From: Candidatus Multivoradales bacterium
GTDB lineage: Bacteria > Acidobacteriota > Thermoanaerobaculia > Multivoradales > J023
Reading direction: 5' to 3'
Assembly (NCBI GenBank): GCA_965248925.1
Contig: CBDFLE010000005.1
Coordinates: forward strand, 64,001-128,000
DNA length: 64,000 nucleotides
In this document: positions 17,952 through 26,299 of the stretch, in pieces
How the letters are laid out: each line of letters starts with the position of its first letter
How positions within the stretch are numbered: position 1 is the first letter of the stretch
The notes under the pieces: generated by a model
The model's database searches: none
Seen by the model: the letters and a program-made list of their open reading frames with translations, nothing else
Told to the model about the DNA's origin: nothing
Program-made: the position numbers and the translations under genes

Positions 17952-19034
17952 ATGAGCGCTGGCGGTAGCTTGGGGCTGCTCGAATTGGCAGCAGACCTGG
18001 GTGCTGAACTCCGGGGCGCCGCCGAGCTGCGGCTCACTGGCTTGCGCACATTGGCTGCTGCCGGCCCGGCGGATCTCTCGTTCCTGACTTCAGCTTCCTA
18101 TCGCCAAGCTGGGATGGCTTCGGCCGCCGGCGCGCTACTGATTCCAGCCAGTCTAGGAGCTTGGCAGGAGTTTGAGCGGCCGCTGTTGGTGGTCGACGAC
18201 GTCTCGCTGACCCTGGCGCGGCTGATCGAGATCTTTCATCCGCCGACTGCCGTGCGGCCAGGTATTCATCCGACCGCGGTGGTAGCCGCGGACTGTCAAG
18301 TCTCCAGCAGTGCTCAGATCGGCGCCTACGCCGTGCTGGGCGCGGGCTGCAAGGTTGGCGCGGGAGCGGTGATTTATCCCCATGTGGTGCTTGGCCAGCG
18401 CTGTCGAATCGCTGCCGAGGTGGTGATTCATCCCAGCGCGGTGCTCTATGACGGCACCGAGATTGGCGTCGGCTCGATCATCCACGCCGGGGCGGTTATC
18501 GGCGCCGACGGCTTTGGCTATGCCACCAGCGCTGGTCAGCACATCAAGATTCCCCAGGTGGGTACAGCGGTGCTCGAAGAGCAGGTCGAGATTGGCGCCA
18601 ACAGCGCCATCGATCGCGCCATGCTGGAGGAGACCCGAATAGGTGCCGGCAGCAAGATCGACAATCTGGTGCAGATCGGCCACAACGCCCGCCTCGGCAA
18701 AGGCTGTGTCCTCAGCGGTCAGGCGGGGGTGTCCGGCAGCGCGCGACTTGGCGACTACGTGGTGATGGGCGGCCAATCGGGCACCGCGGGCCATTTCGAT
18801 ATCGGTGATGGGGTGCAGATCGCGGCCAAGTCGGCAGTTTTACAAGAGGTTGCCGCCGGCAGCAAAGTGGCGGGTATTCCCGCCGTCGATCTGCGCAGCT
18901 GGCGCCGGCAAGCCCTTTCTTGGGGCAAGATCGGCGAGTTGTTACAGCGGGTAAGAGCCCTTGAGCGGCGTTTGCGCGGCGCTGAGTCCGTGGCCGAAGA
19001 AGAGTCTCGGCGATCGGCTGAACGGAATGCCTGA
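17952..19034 (+). CDS. lpxD: UDP-3-O-acyl-glucosamine N-acyltransferase
   Basis: Hexapeptide repeats, DGFGY, KIPQVG and KIDNLVQIGHN. Confidence 0.96.
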   Translation: MSAGGSLGLLELAADLGAELRGAAELRLTGLRTLAAAGPADLSFLTSASYRQAGMASAAGALLIPASLGAWQEFERPLLVVDDVSLTLARLIEIFHPPTAVRPGIHPTAVVAADCQVSSSAQIGAYAVLGAGCKVGAGAVIYPHVVLGQRCRIAAEVVIHPSAVLYDGTEIGVGSIIHAGAVIGADGFGYATSAGQHIKIPQVGTAVLEEQVEIGANSAIDRAMLEETRIGAGSKIDNLVQIGHNARLGKGCVLSGQAGVSGSARLGDYVVMGGQSGTAGHFDIGDGVQIAAKSAVLQEVAAGSKVAGIPAVDLRSWRRQALSWGKIGELLQRVRALERRLRGAESVAEEESRRSAERNA

Positions 19035-19106
19035 GGGCTGCTGCTTGGCGGTGGCTAGCGGGCACGATATAAACAGCCTGCCGCAGCGTAACGCAGAGGA
19101 GGCATC

Positions 19107-19607
19107 TTGACCGAGACGAGTATTCCCCAAGACGGAATTCCACAGGACAGTGTTCCGCAGGACAATCTGCCCAAGGACATTGGTTGGATCATGTCTATGC
19201 TGCCGCATCGCTATCCGATGCTGCTGGTCGATCGAGTATTGGAAATTGAGCCCCGCCAGCGGATTGTCGCGATCAAGAACGTGACTATCAATGAGCAGGT
19301 CTTGCAAGGGCATTTTCCGGGCTTTCCCTTGGTGCCGGGAGTGCTGCTGATTGAGGGCATGGCGCAGGCGGCGGGTATCTTGCTGCTATGCGACAAGCCG
19401 GAGGAGGAGCGGCGGCGCAAGGTGCTGCTGTTCACCGCCATCGACCGCGCCCGCTTTCGCCGGCCGGTGGTGCCCGGCGATCAAGTGCGCTACGAGATCA
19501 AGGTCAAGCGCTTGCGCGCCAACTACAGCAAAGTCGAGGCGCGGGCGACGGTCGAGGGTCAGATAGCCGCCGAGGCTACGCTGTCTTCGACCATGATCGA
19601 CCGATGA
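19107..19607 (+). CDS. fabZ: 3-hydroxyacyl-ACP dehydratase
   Basis: LPHRYPMLLVD, GHFPG and PGVLLIEGMAQ motifs. Confidence 0.96.
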   Translation: MTETSIPQDGIPQDSVPQDNLPKDIGWIMSMLPHRYPMLLVDRVLEIEPRQRIVAIKNVTINEQVLQGHFPGFPLVPGVLLIEGMAQAAGILLLCDKPEEERRRKVLLFTAIDRARFRRPVVPGDQVRYEIKVKRLRANYSKVEARATVEGQIAAEATLSSTMIDR

Positions 19608-19628
19608 CCGAATCTAGAGACCCGCACG

Positions 19629-20438
19629 ATGACTACAACCATCCATCCGACCGCCGTGGTCGATGCCGCTGCTGAGTTGGGAGCCGGGGTGCAGATTGGT
19701 CCCCTGGCGGTGATCGGCGCAGAGGTGAAGATCGGCGCTGGCTGCCGCATCGATGCCGGTGCCCACATCCAGGGTCCGACGACGATGGGTGAGGGCAATC
19801 ATGTCTACCCCGGAGCGATGATCGGCTTCGATCCGCAGGACTACAGCTTTGGTGGCGAGGTCACGCGCTTGGAAATCGGCCATCGCAATTGCATTCGCGA
19901 GTTGGTAACTCTCAATCGCGGTACCACCAAGGGGGGTGGCGTGACCCGCATCGGTGACGACAACTTCTTTCTCACCGGTGCGCACGTGGGCCACGATTGC
20001 AGGGTGGGAGACCGCACCCTATTCGTCAATAACGCCACCCTGGCCGGCCATGTCGAAGTCCATGACGACGCGACGATCGGTGCTTATAGCTCCGTGCATC
20101 AATTTTGCCGAGTGGGTCGCCACGCTTATATCGGCGGCTACTCGGTGGTGACTCGCGACGCCCTGCCGTTCGTTAAAACCGTGGGTACCAAGCCGGCTTG
20201 CTATGGCATCAACAAGATCGGTCTCGAGCGCAAGGGCTTCTCTGCGGAGCGAATCAAGGTGCTCGACCGTGCCTACCGCATCTTGGTGCGGGCTGGGCTG
20301 GCGACGAGTCCGGCGCTTGAGCGACTGCGCCAGGAGTTGGGTGAGCAGGACGACGTGCAACGGCTGGTGAAATTTGTCGAGGATTCCCAGCGCGGCGCAA
20401 TCCGCGAGGTGCCGCGGCGCGGCGGGCGAGGAGGCTGA
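19629..20438 (+). CDS. lpxA: Acyl-ACP--UDP-GlcNAc acyltransferase
   Basis: IHPTAVV, PQD, HVGHDC, LAGHV and VHQFCRVG motifs. Confidence 0.96.
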   Translation: MTTTIHPTAVVDAAAELGAGVQIGPLAVIGAEVKIGAGCRIDAGAHIQGPTTMGEGNHVYPGAMIGFDPQDYSFGGEVTRLEIGHRNCIRELVTLNRGTTKGGGVTRIGDDNFFLTGAHVGHDCRVGDRTLFVNNATLAGHVEVHDDATIGAYSSVHQFCRVGRHAYIGGYSVVTRDALPFVKTVGTKPACYGINKIGLERKGFSAERIKVLDRAYRILVRAGLATSPALERLRQELGEQDDVQRLVKFVEDSQRGAIREVPRRGGRGG

Positions 20439-20442
20439 GCTG

Positions 20443-21366
20443 ATGAGCCAGGAGCGACTGCGAGTCGGAGTTGTCGGCACCGGATCGATGGGGCGTCACC
20501 ATGTCCGCATCCTCGCCGCCATGCCCCAGGCCGACTTGGTCGGCATCTATGACCTGCGCCCAGAGGTTGCCGCCGAGCTGGCGGCCAAGCACGGCACTGA
20601 GAGTTTCTCTTCGGTCGAGCGCTTGGCTCAGCAGACCGACGCCATCGTCTTGGCGGTGCCGACTTTCGCCCACTGCCAGCTGGGCTGCAAGCTGCTGAGT
20701 AAGGGCAAACACCTGATGGTCGAGAAGCCGATGGCACCCAACCTCGCCGAGGCCGATCGATTGCTGGCCGCCGCCGGCGACCGAGTGCTGGCGGTGGGGC
20801 ATGTGGAATTCTTCAACCCGGCGGTGCAAACCCTGCTCGACCAAGCCGGAGGGTCGCGGTTTGTCGAGATGCAGCGCTTGTCGCCATTCACTCCGCGCAG
20901 TCTGGATGTCGACGTGGTGCTCGATCTGATGATTCACGATTTGCAGATCTTGCATGCCCTGGATCCCAGCCCGGTACGGGAGATTCGCTCCAGCGGTGTT
21001 GCCGTGTTGTCGCCAAGGGTAGATTTAGCTAATGCTCGCATTGAACTCGAATCGGGTTTGGTGGCGAATATCACCGCCTCGCGAGTTTCGGCCGAGCCGG
21101 TGCGCAAGCTGCGGGTTTTCCAGGATCGCCGCTACTTGTCGATCGACTATCGTCAGCAAGAGATCAAGGGTTACGGTTTGGAGGAGAGCGGTGAGGAGAA
21201 GCTGATCGTACCGCTGCCGCTCAAGGTTGAGCATCGCGAGCCCCTGGTGGGGGAACTACATGCCTTCGTCGACGCCTGTTTGGGGCGCCGCTCTCGCTAT
21301 GTCGATGGCGCTCAGGGCCGCCGCGCCCTGGCCACCGCGCTCACAGTGCTCGAGGGTCTTGGCTGA
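20443..21366 (+). CDS. Gfo/Idh/MocA oxidoreductase (GnnA-like)
   Basis: GTGSMGRHH, VEKP, VGHVEFFNP, DVVLDLMIHD and TASRVS motifs. Directly follows lpxA. Confidence 0.85.
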   Translation: MSQERLRVGVVGTGSMGRHHVRILAAMPQADLVGIYDLRPEVAAELAAKHGTESFSSVERLAQQTDAIVLAVPTFAHCQLGCKLLSKGKHLMVEKPMAPNLAEADRLLAAAGDRVLAVGHVEFFNPAVQTLLDQAGGSRFVEMQRLSPFTPRSLDVDVVLDLMIHDLQILHALDPSPVREIRSSGVAVLSPRVDLANARIELESGLVANITASRVSAEPVRKLRVFQDRRYLSIDYRQQEIKGYGLEESGEEKLIVPLPLKVEHREPLVGELHAFVDACLGRRSRYVDGAQGRRALATALTVLEGLG

Positions 21367-21412
21367 TCCTCGCCGCGGCATTTCATTTTCCCCTGCAGGA
21401 GTTTGGCAGACC

Positions 21413-22291
21413 ATGACTGAGTCTTATCGCATTGGTGTGATCGGTGGCAGCGGGCTGTATTCCATGGCCGGGCTCGAAATTCACCAGGAACGGGTAGTTG
21501 CAACCCCTTTTGGCGAGCCTTCAGCCCCCTTCGTTTTGGGCGAACTCGACGGCCGCCGGGTGGTCTTTCTACCTCGCCATGGCCGTCACCACCAGCTAAT
21601 GCCAACGGAATTGAACTTTCGCGCCAACATTCTTGCCATGAAGCAGCTCGGTGTGGAATGGCTGCTGTCGGTCAGTGCCGTGGGCTCGATGAAGGAGCAG
21701 TACGCCCCCACCCACGTTTTGGTGCCGGATCAGTTCTACGATCGCACGCGCCACCGTGCCGACACTTTTTTCGGCGCGGGTTTGGTGGCCCATGTTTCGA
21801 TGGCCGACCCGGTGTGTTCGACCTTGGCCGACATCTTCTACCGCGCGGCGCTGGCGGCTGGCGCTACGGCTCACCAGGGCGGTACTTACTTGTGCATGGA
21901 AGGGCCGCAATTCTCGACTCGGGCGGAGTCGAATATCTATCGTTCATGGGGTGTCGACGTGATCGGCATGACCAACCTGCAAGAAGCCAAGCTGGCCCGC
22001 GAGGCCGAGATCTCCTACGCCACCCTGGCGATGATCACCGACTACGACTGCTGGCATGATGACCACGACGACGTATCCGTCGAGGCGGTTATGGCGGTGT
22101 TGCGGCGAAACGCCGAGATGGGGCAAGCGGTAGTGCGCCACGCCATCGGCCTGATCCCCGAGGGCAGCAACGACACCGCCGCCGCCAATGCGCTGCGCTA
22201 CGCCCTGATCACCGACCGCGACAGCATTCCAGCCGACACTCTGCGCAAGCTGGCACCGATTGTCGGGAAGTACCTGCCAGTGCCCGAATAG
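21413..22291 (+). CDS. mtnP: S-methyl-5'-thioadenosine phosphorylase
   Basis: IGVIGGSG, RHGRHH, EGPQFSTRAES, GMT and TDYDCWH motifs. Confidence 0.95.
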   Translation: MTESYRIGVIGGSGLYSMAGLEIHQERVVATPFGEPSAPFVLGELDGRRVVFLPRHGRHHQLMPTELNFRANILAMKQLGVEWLLSVSAVGSMKEQYAPTHVLVPDQFYDRTRHRADTFFGAGLVAHVSMADPVCSTLADIFYRAALAAGATAHQGGTYLCMEGPQFSTRAESNIYRSWGVDVIGMTNLQEAKLAREAEISYATLAMITDYDCWHDDHDDVSVEAVMAVLRRNAEMGQAVVRHAIGLIPEGSNDTAAANALRYALITDRDSIPADTLRKLAPIVGKYLPVPE

Positions 22292-22313
22292 CTGGCGAGG
22301 AAGCCTTTTTCTG

Positions 22314-22349
22314 TTGACGTCAAAATGACAGCGATGTAGATTTCACATC
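22314..22349 (+). promoter_or_regulatory. vapBC promoter with overlapping palindromes
   Basis: TTGACG-N17-TAGATT. Palindromes GTCA-aaa-TGAC and GATGT-N7-ACATC. ATG lies 7 nt after the -10. Confidence 0.65.
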
Positions 22350-22613
22350 ATGACTCGTACGCAGATCCAGCTCCCCGACGACCTTTACTCGCGCGCCAAG
22401 CGGTTCGCATCTGAGCGAGAGGTCTCCCTGGCCGAGGTGACGCGGCGCGGCCTGGAGCTGCTGCTCGACCGGTATCCGTCGGCCGACACGGACCAAGAGG
22501 CTTGGCAGCTGCCCCGGGTGAACGCCGGCGGGCTTAAAGTCGCACTCGAGGACTTGCGCGCCTGCGCCGCGGCGGACGAGGCAGGGCGCTGGCCGAGCGG
22601 GTCAGAGGGCTGA
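22350..22613 (+). CDS. vapB: Ribbon-helix-helix (CopG-like) antitoxin
   Basis: MTRTQIQLPDDLYSRAK...VSLAEVTRRG. Its TGA overlaps the toxin ATG. Confidence 0.8.
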   Translation: MTRTQIQLPDDLYSRAKRFASEREVSLAEVTRRGLELLLDRYPSADTDQEAWQLPRVNAGGLKVALEDLRACAAADEAGRWPSGSEG

Positions 22614-23059
22614 TGACTTTGCTCTCTATCGATACCAACATCCTGTTCGCCGCCGTCGAAGAAACCAACCAGCAGCATGATCCCGCCGCTGCGTTCCTGG
22701 AGCAAAACGGCACCCGTCAGGACGTCGCTTTGTCGGAGTTGGCGCTGCTGGAGCTCTACGTCCTCTTACGCAACCCAGCCGTATTGAACCGGCCGCTGGA
22801 TGCGGCCGGGGCGGTATCGGTCTGCCAGGCGTTCCGCATCCACCCACGATGGCAGGTCCTCGGTCTGCCCGGCGACAGCCGGGTCTTTCACGACGCTTTC
22901 TGGCCGCGGCTGGCAACGACAGGCTTCGCGCGGCGACGAGCCTTCAACTGGCGATTGGCGCTGTCGCTGCTCAGCCAGGGAGTGGACGAATTCGCCACCT
23001 TCAACACCCGCGACTTCGAGGGATTCGGCTTTCGTCGGGTGTGGAACCCACTCGCTTGA
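22613..23059 (+). CDS. vapC: PIN-domain VapC toxin
   Basis: IDTNIL, ELYVLLRNP and FATFNTRDF...VWNPL motifs. Confidence 0.88.
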   Translation: MTLLSIDTNILFAAVEETNQQHDPAAAFLEQNGTRQDVALSELALLELYVLLRNPAVLNRPLDAAGAVSVCQAFRIHPRWQVLGLPGDSRVFHDAFWPRLATTGFARRRAFNWRLALSLLSQGVDEFATFNTRDFEGFGFRRVWNPLA

Positions 23060-23365
23060 GGTCCGCTCTGCCGGCGGGATGTGCTACGTCCAGATCACCC
23101 CGCGCGACGCCAACGCCGAAGCCACGATCCCCAAGCTTCCCGAAGTCGATAAGCAAGCTGGTCTCGTCCATGCATCGTGCATGGACCGTGTAGATGGGGC
23201 GATGTCCTGGCTGGCCGCAAGAGGGCAGGAAGGGTTCGTGATTTCCTGTCGGAGGCGCTATGCTACGGCCACTGCGACAGCCCTTGTGGACCTTGCTTGA
23301 GCGACTCGATCGGCACTGTCCGACTCCCTTCGATCTCCTCGACTTCAGAGGCTAGGATACCCGAC

Positions 23366-24142
23366 GTGCGAATTCTGATCAGCAACGACGACGGCATTTT
23401 CTCTGAGGGCATCAAAGCTCTGGCGGATGCTCTGAGCAGCCTCGGTCAGGTGATCGTGGTGGCTCCCGACCGCGAGCAATCGGCCAGCGCCCACTCGTTG
23501 ACCCTCAATCGGCCGCTGCGTATTCGTCGGGTGCGCGATCATTGGTATACCGTCGATGGGACGCCGACGGACTGCGTCAACCTGGGAGTGCAAGGGCTGC
23601 TCAAAGAGAAACCGCCGGACTTGGTGGTGTCAGGGATCAATTTTGGCGTCAATCTGGGTGACGATGTCACCTACTCGGGTACCGTTTCGGCAGCGCTCGA
23701 AGCCAACTTGCAGGGATTGCCGGCGGTGGCGTTTTCGCAGGAGGTGGCTGAGGGATTCTCATTCTCGGACGCGGCGCGAGTTGCCCACCGCTTCTTGAGC
23801 GTCCTGATGCGTGAGCCGCTGCCCCAAGACCTGCTGCTCAACGTGAACATTCCAGCCGGCCCGGCCAAGGGGGTGCGCTGGACGCGGCTGAGCCGTCGCC
23901 ACTATCGCCAAACCGTGGTGGAGAAGCTCGATCCCAAGGGTCGCAAATATTACTGGATTGCTGGCACCCCGGAGTGGGAAGAGAGCGAGGACACCGATCA
24001 GGCGGCTCTCGCTGCTGGCTGGGTGGCGGTGACGCCTCTGCACATCGATCTTACCGACTATCGCTTGCTGGAGCAGAGTGCGGATCACGAAGGCCGCTTT
24101 GCCGCGGTCGATTTTGGCGCCCAGGAGCCCGGCGGGTCGTGA
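23366..24142 (+). CDS. surE: 5'/3'-nucleotidase SurE
   Basis: ILISNDDG, GTPTDCV and SGINFGVNLGDDVTYSGT motifs. Confidence 0.96.
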   Translation: MRILISNDDGIFSEGIKALADALSSLGQVIVVAPDREQSASAHSLTLNRPLRIRRVRDHWYTVDGTPTDCVNLGVQGLLKEKPPDLVVSGINFGVNLGDDVTYSGTVSAALEANLQGLPAVAFSQEVAEGFSFSDAARVAHRFLSVLMREPLPQDLLLNVNIPAGPAKGVRWTRLSRRHYRQTVVEKLDPKGRKYYWIAGTPEWEESEDTDQAALAAGWVAVTPLHIDLTDYRLLEQSADHEGRFAAVDFGAQEPGGS

Positions 24143-24786
24143 AACGCCTCGACTACGAGCGCGAGCGGATGGTCAAGAACACCATCGCGGCGCGACAGGT
24201 GCGCGATCCAGCAGTGTTGGAGGCCATCCGGCGGGTGCCTCGGCATCTCTTCGTGCCCGAGAAGTTTCGCTCCCAGGCCTACGGCGACCATGCACTGCCG
24301 ATCGGCGACGAACAGACTATTTCGCAACCCTACGTGGTGGCGCGAATGACCGAATGGCTAGATCTTGATCCTGAGCACTCGGTGCTCGAAATCGGCACTG
24401 GATCGGGCTACCAAACCGCTATCCTGGGGTTGTTGGCGCGCAAAGTCTACTCCCTCGAGCGAGTCGGCAACCTGGCCCGGCGGGCGATCACTCGCATTCG
24501 CGATCTGGGTCTCGACAACGTCAAGATCCAGACCTTCGATGGCACCATCGGCTGGAGCGAAGTGGGCCCCTTCGACCGCATTCTGGTCACTGCCGCTGCC
24601 CCCCGAGCGCCTGAGCCGTTGCTGCAACAACTCAGGGAAGGCGGTCGCCTGGTGGTGCCAGAAGGGGAGCGCAGCGGCCAGCGCTTGGTGCGCTACACCT
24701 TTCATGGTGATGAGTATGAGCGCGAGGTCGGTGAAGCAGTGGCGTTCGTGCCGCTGATCGGCCGTCACGGCTGGGCTGAGGGCTGA
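24139..24786 (+). CDS. pcm: Protein-L-isoaspartate O-methyltransferase
   Basis: VPRHLFV, QTISQP, VLEIGTGSGYQ and FVPL motifs. Confidence 0.96.
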   Translation: MKRLDYERERMVKNTIAARQVRDPAVLEAIRRVPRHLFVPEKFRSQAYGDHALPIGDEQTISQPYVVARMTEWLDLDPEHSVLEIGTGSGYQTAILGLLARKVYSLERVGNLARRAITRIRDLGLDNVKIQTFDGTIGWSEVGPFDRILVTAAAPRAPEPLLQQLREGGRLVVPEGERSGQRLVRYTFHGDEYEREVGEAVAFVPLIGRHGWAEG

Positions 24787-24851
24787 GGCCTAGTGCGATA
24801 CCTGACTCCCAATTCGGCTAGACCCTGGAATAGTGTAGAGAGGCGATCGAG

Positions 24852-25472
24852 ATGCTAGAGAGAGTTCGTGGCTTTTTGCACCAGATGCTCGATTGGGTCG
24901 AGGGATGGGCGCACCACCCGCAGGCCGAATGGGCGCTATTCACGATCGCCTTTGCCGAGTCGAGTTTCTTCCCGATTCCACCCGACGTGCTGCTGATCGC
25001 CTTGTGCTTGGGGGATCCGGGCAGGTCGCTGACCTTTGCTCTGATTTGCGCCGTGGGCTCGGTGTTAGGCGGCATGTTGGGATATGGCATCGGCTTCTAC
25101 GGCGGCCGTCCGATCGTCCAGCGGTTTTTTGCCGAGAACAAAGTGCGGACGGTCGAGCGCCTCTATGGGCGCTACAACGCCTGGGCTACTGGTATTGCTG
25201 GTTTGACTCCATTGCCGTACAAGATATTCACCATTACAGGCGGTGCTTTTGCGGTGTCGTTCAAGATTTTCGTCGTCGCTTCGATCTTGTCGAGGAGCCT
25301 GCGGTTCTTCGCCGTGGCTGGTTTGATCTACTACTTTGGCGAGCCGGTCAGAGCGTTCATCGATCGCCACCTCGGCTGGCTGACCATCGTCTTCGTGATC
25401 GTTTTGGCGGCAAGCTATTGGCTAGTAGGTCGCGGCTTTGGCCGTGCTGGCGAAGCTGAGGTCGACGGCTAA
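24852..25472 (+). CDS. YqaA/DedA-family membrane protein
   Basis: FAESSFFPIPPD and TPLPYKIF motifs. Confidence 0.9.
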   Translation: MLERVRGFLHQMLDWVEGWAHHPQAEWALFTIAFAESSFFPIPPDVLLIALCLGDPGRSLTFALICAVGSVLGGMLGYGIGFYGGRPIVQRFFAENKVRTVERLYGRYNAWATGIAGLTPLPYKIFTITGGAFAVSFKIFVVASILSRSLRFFAVAGLIYYFGEPVRAFIDRHLGWLTIVFVIVLAASYWLVGRGFGRAGEAEVDG

Positions 25473-25481
25473 TTATACTGA

Positions 25482-26018
25482 GTGAGCATTCTGGAGGCTA
25501 AAGTGGACGATTTGAAACGCTACATTCGCGAAGTGCCCGATTTCCCCAAGCCGGGGATCAACTTCTACGACATCACCACTCTGCTGCGGCACCCGCTGGC
25601 TTTTCGCACCGCGCTCGACCGCTTCGTCGATCTCTACGCCGAGCTGCCAGTGGATAAGGTGGTGGGAATCGAGTCGCGGGGATTTCTCTTCGGTCCACAC
25701 TTGGCCTACCGCCTAGGGGGTGGCTTCGTGCCGGTGCGCAAGCCTGGTAAGCTACCGGCCGAGACTCACGTCGAGTCGTTCGAACTCGAGTACGGAAGCG
25801 ACCAGCTGCACATGCATCGCGATGCGATCGAGCCCGGCGAGCGGGTGCTGATCATCGACGATGTTATCGCCACCGGGGGGACTGCCGCGGCTAGCGCCAG
25901 GTTGGTGGAAGCTGGTGGCGGGGAGGTGGTAGGTCTCGGTTTCTTGATCGAGCTTGTCTTCCTCGACGGCCGCTCGCGACTGGGTGATTGGCCGGTCAAG
26001 GCTCTTTTGACCTATTAG
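25482..26018 (+). CDS. apt: Adenine phosphoribosyltransferase
   Basis: PDFPKPGI, ESRGF, RKPGKLP, LEYG and IIDDVIATGGT motifs. Confidence 0.97.
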   Translation: MSILEAKVDDLKRYIREVPDFPKPGINFYDITTLLRHPLAFRTALDRFVDLYAELPVDKVVGIESRGFLFGPHLAYRLGGGFVPVRKPGKLPAETHVESFELEYGSDQLHMHRDAIEPGERVLIIDDVIATGGTAAASARLVEAGGGEVVGLGFLIELVFLDGRSRLGDWPVKALLTY

Positions 26019-26299
26019 ATGGCGCGACATTGGAATGCGATTTAGCCATAAAGAAAATGTGTAGAACGCCCCCTTGAATATAAATCGTGGATTCAATTTA
26101 TCCCTTTTCTGCCCATGGAATACTGCGCTTTAAGCTGCTAGGCTTTCCCCTAATCGTGGATCAGGAAAAGTAGGATTCCGCGCCTTGGGCAAGGAATACC
26201 TATAGGGATCCTGTTCCAAAACTGTCCGCAAATGATCTCGAGCTAGATCAATTTGGGTCGCTGAGACTCGTGGTTGGTCATGGCCTGGAGTGTTTAGGG
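26019..26299 (+). promoter_or_regulatory. AT-rich regulatory region at the left edge of the accessory cluster
   Basis: Abrupt AT enrichment after apt. Inverted repeat TTGAAT-N11-ATTCAA (26074-26096). Direct repeat AATCGTGGAT (26083, 26152). Confidence 0.5.
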
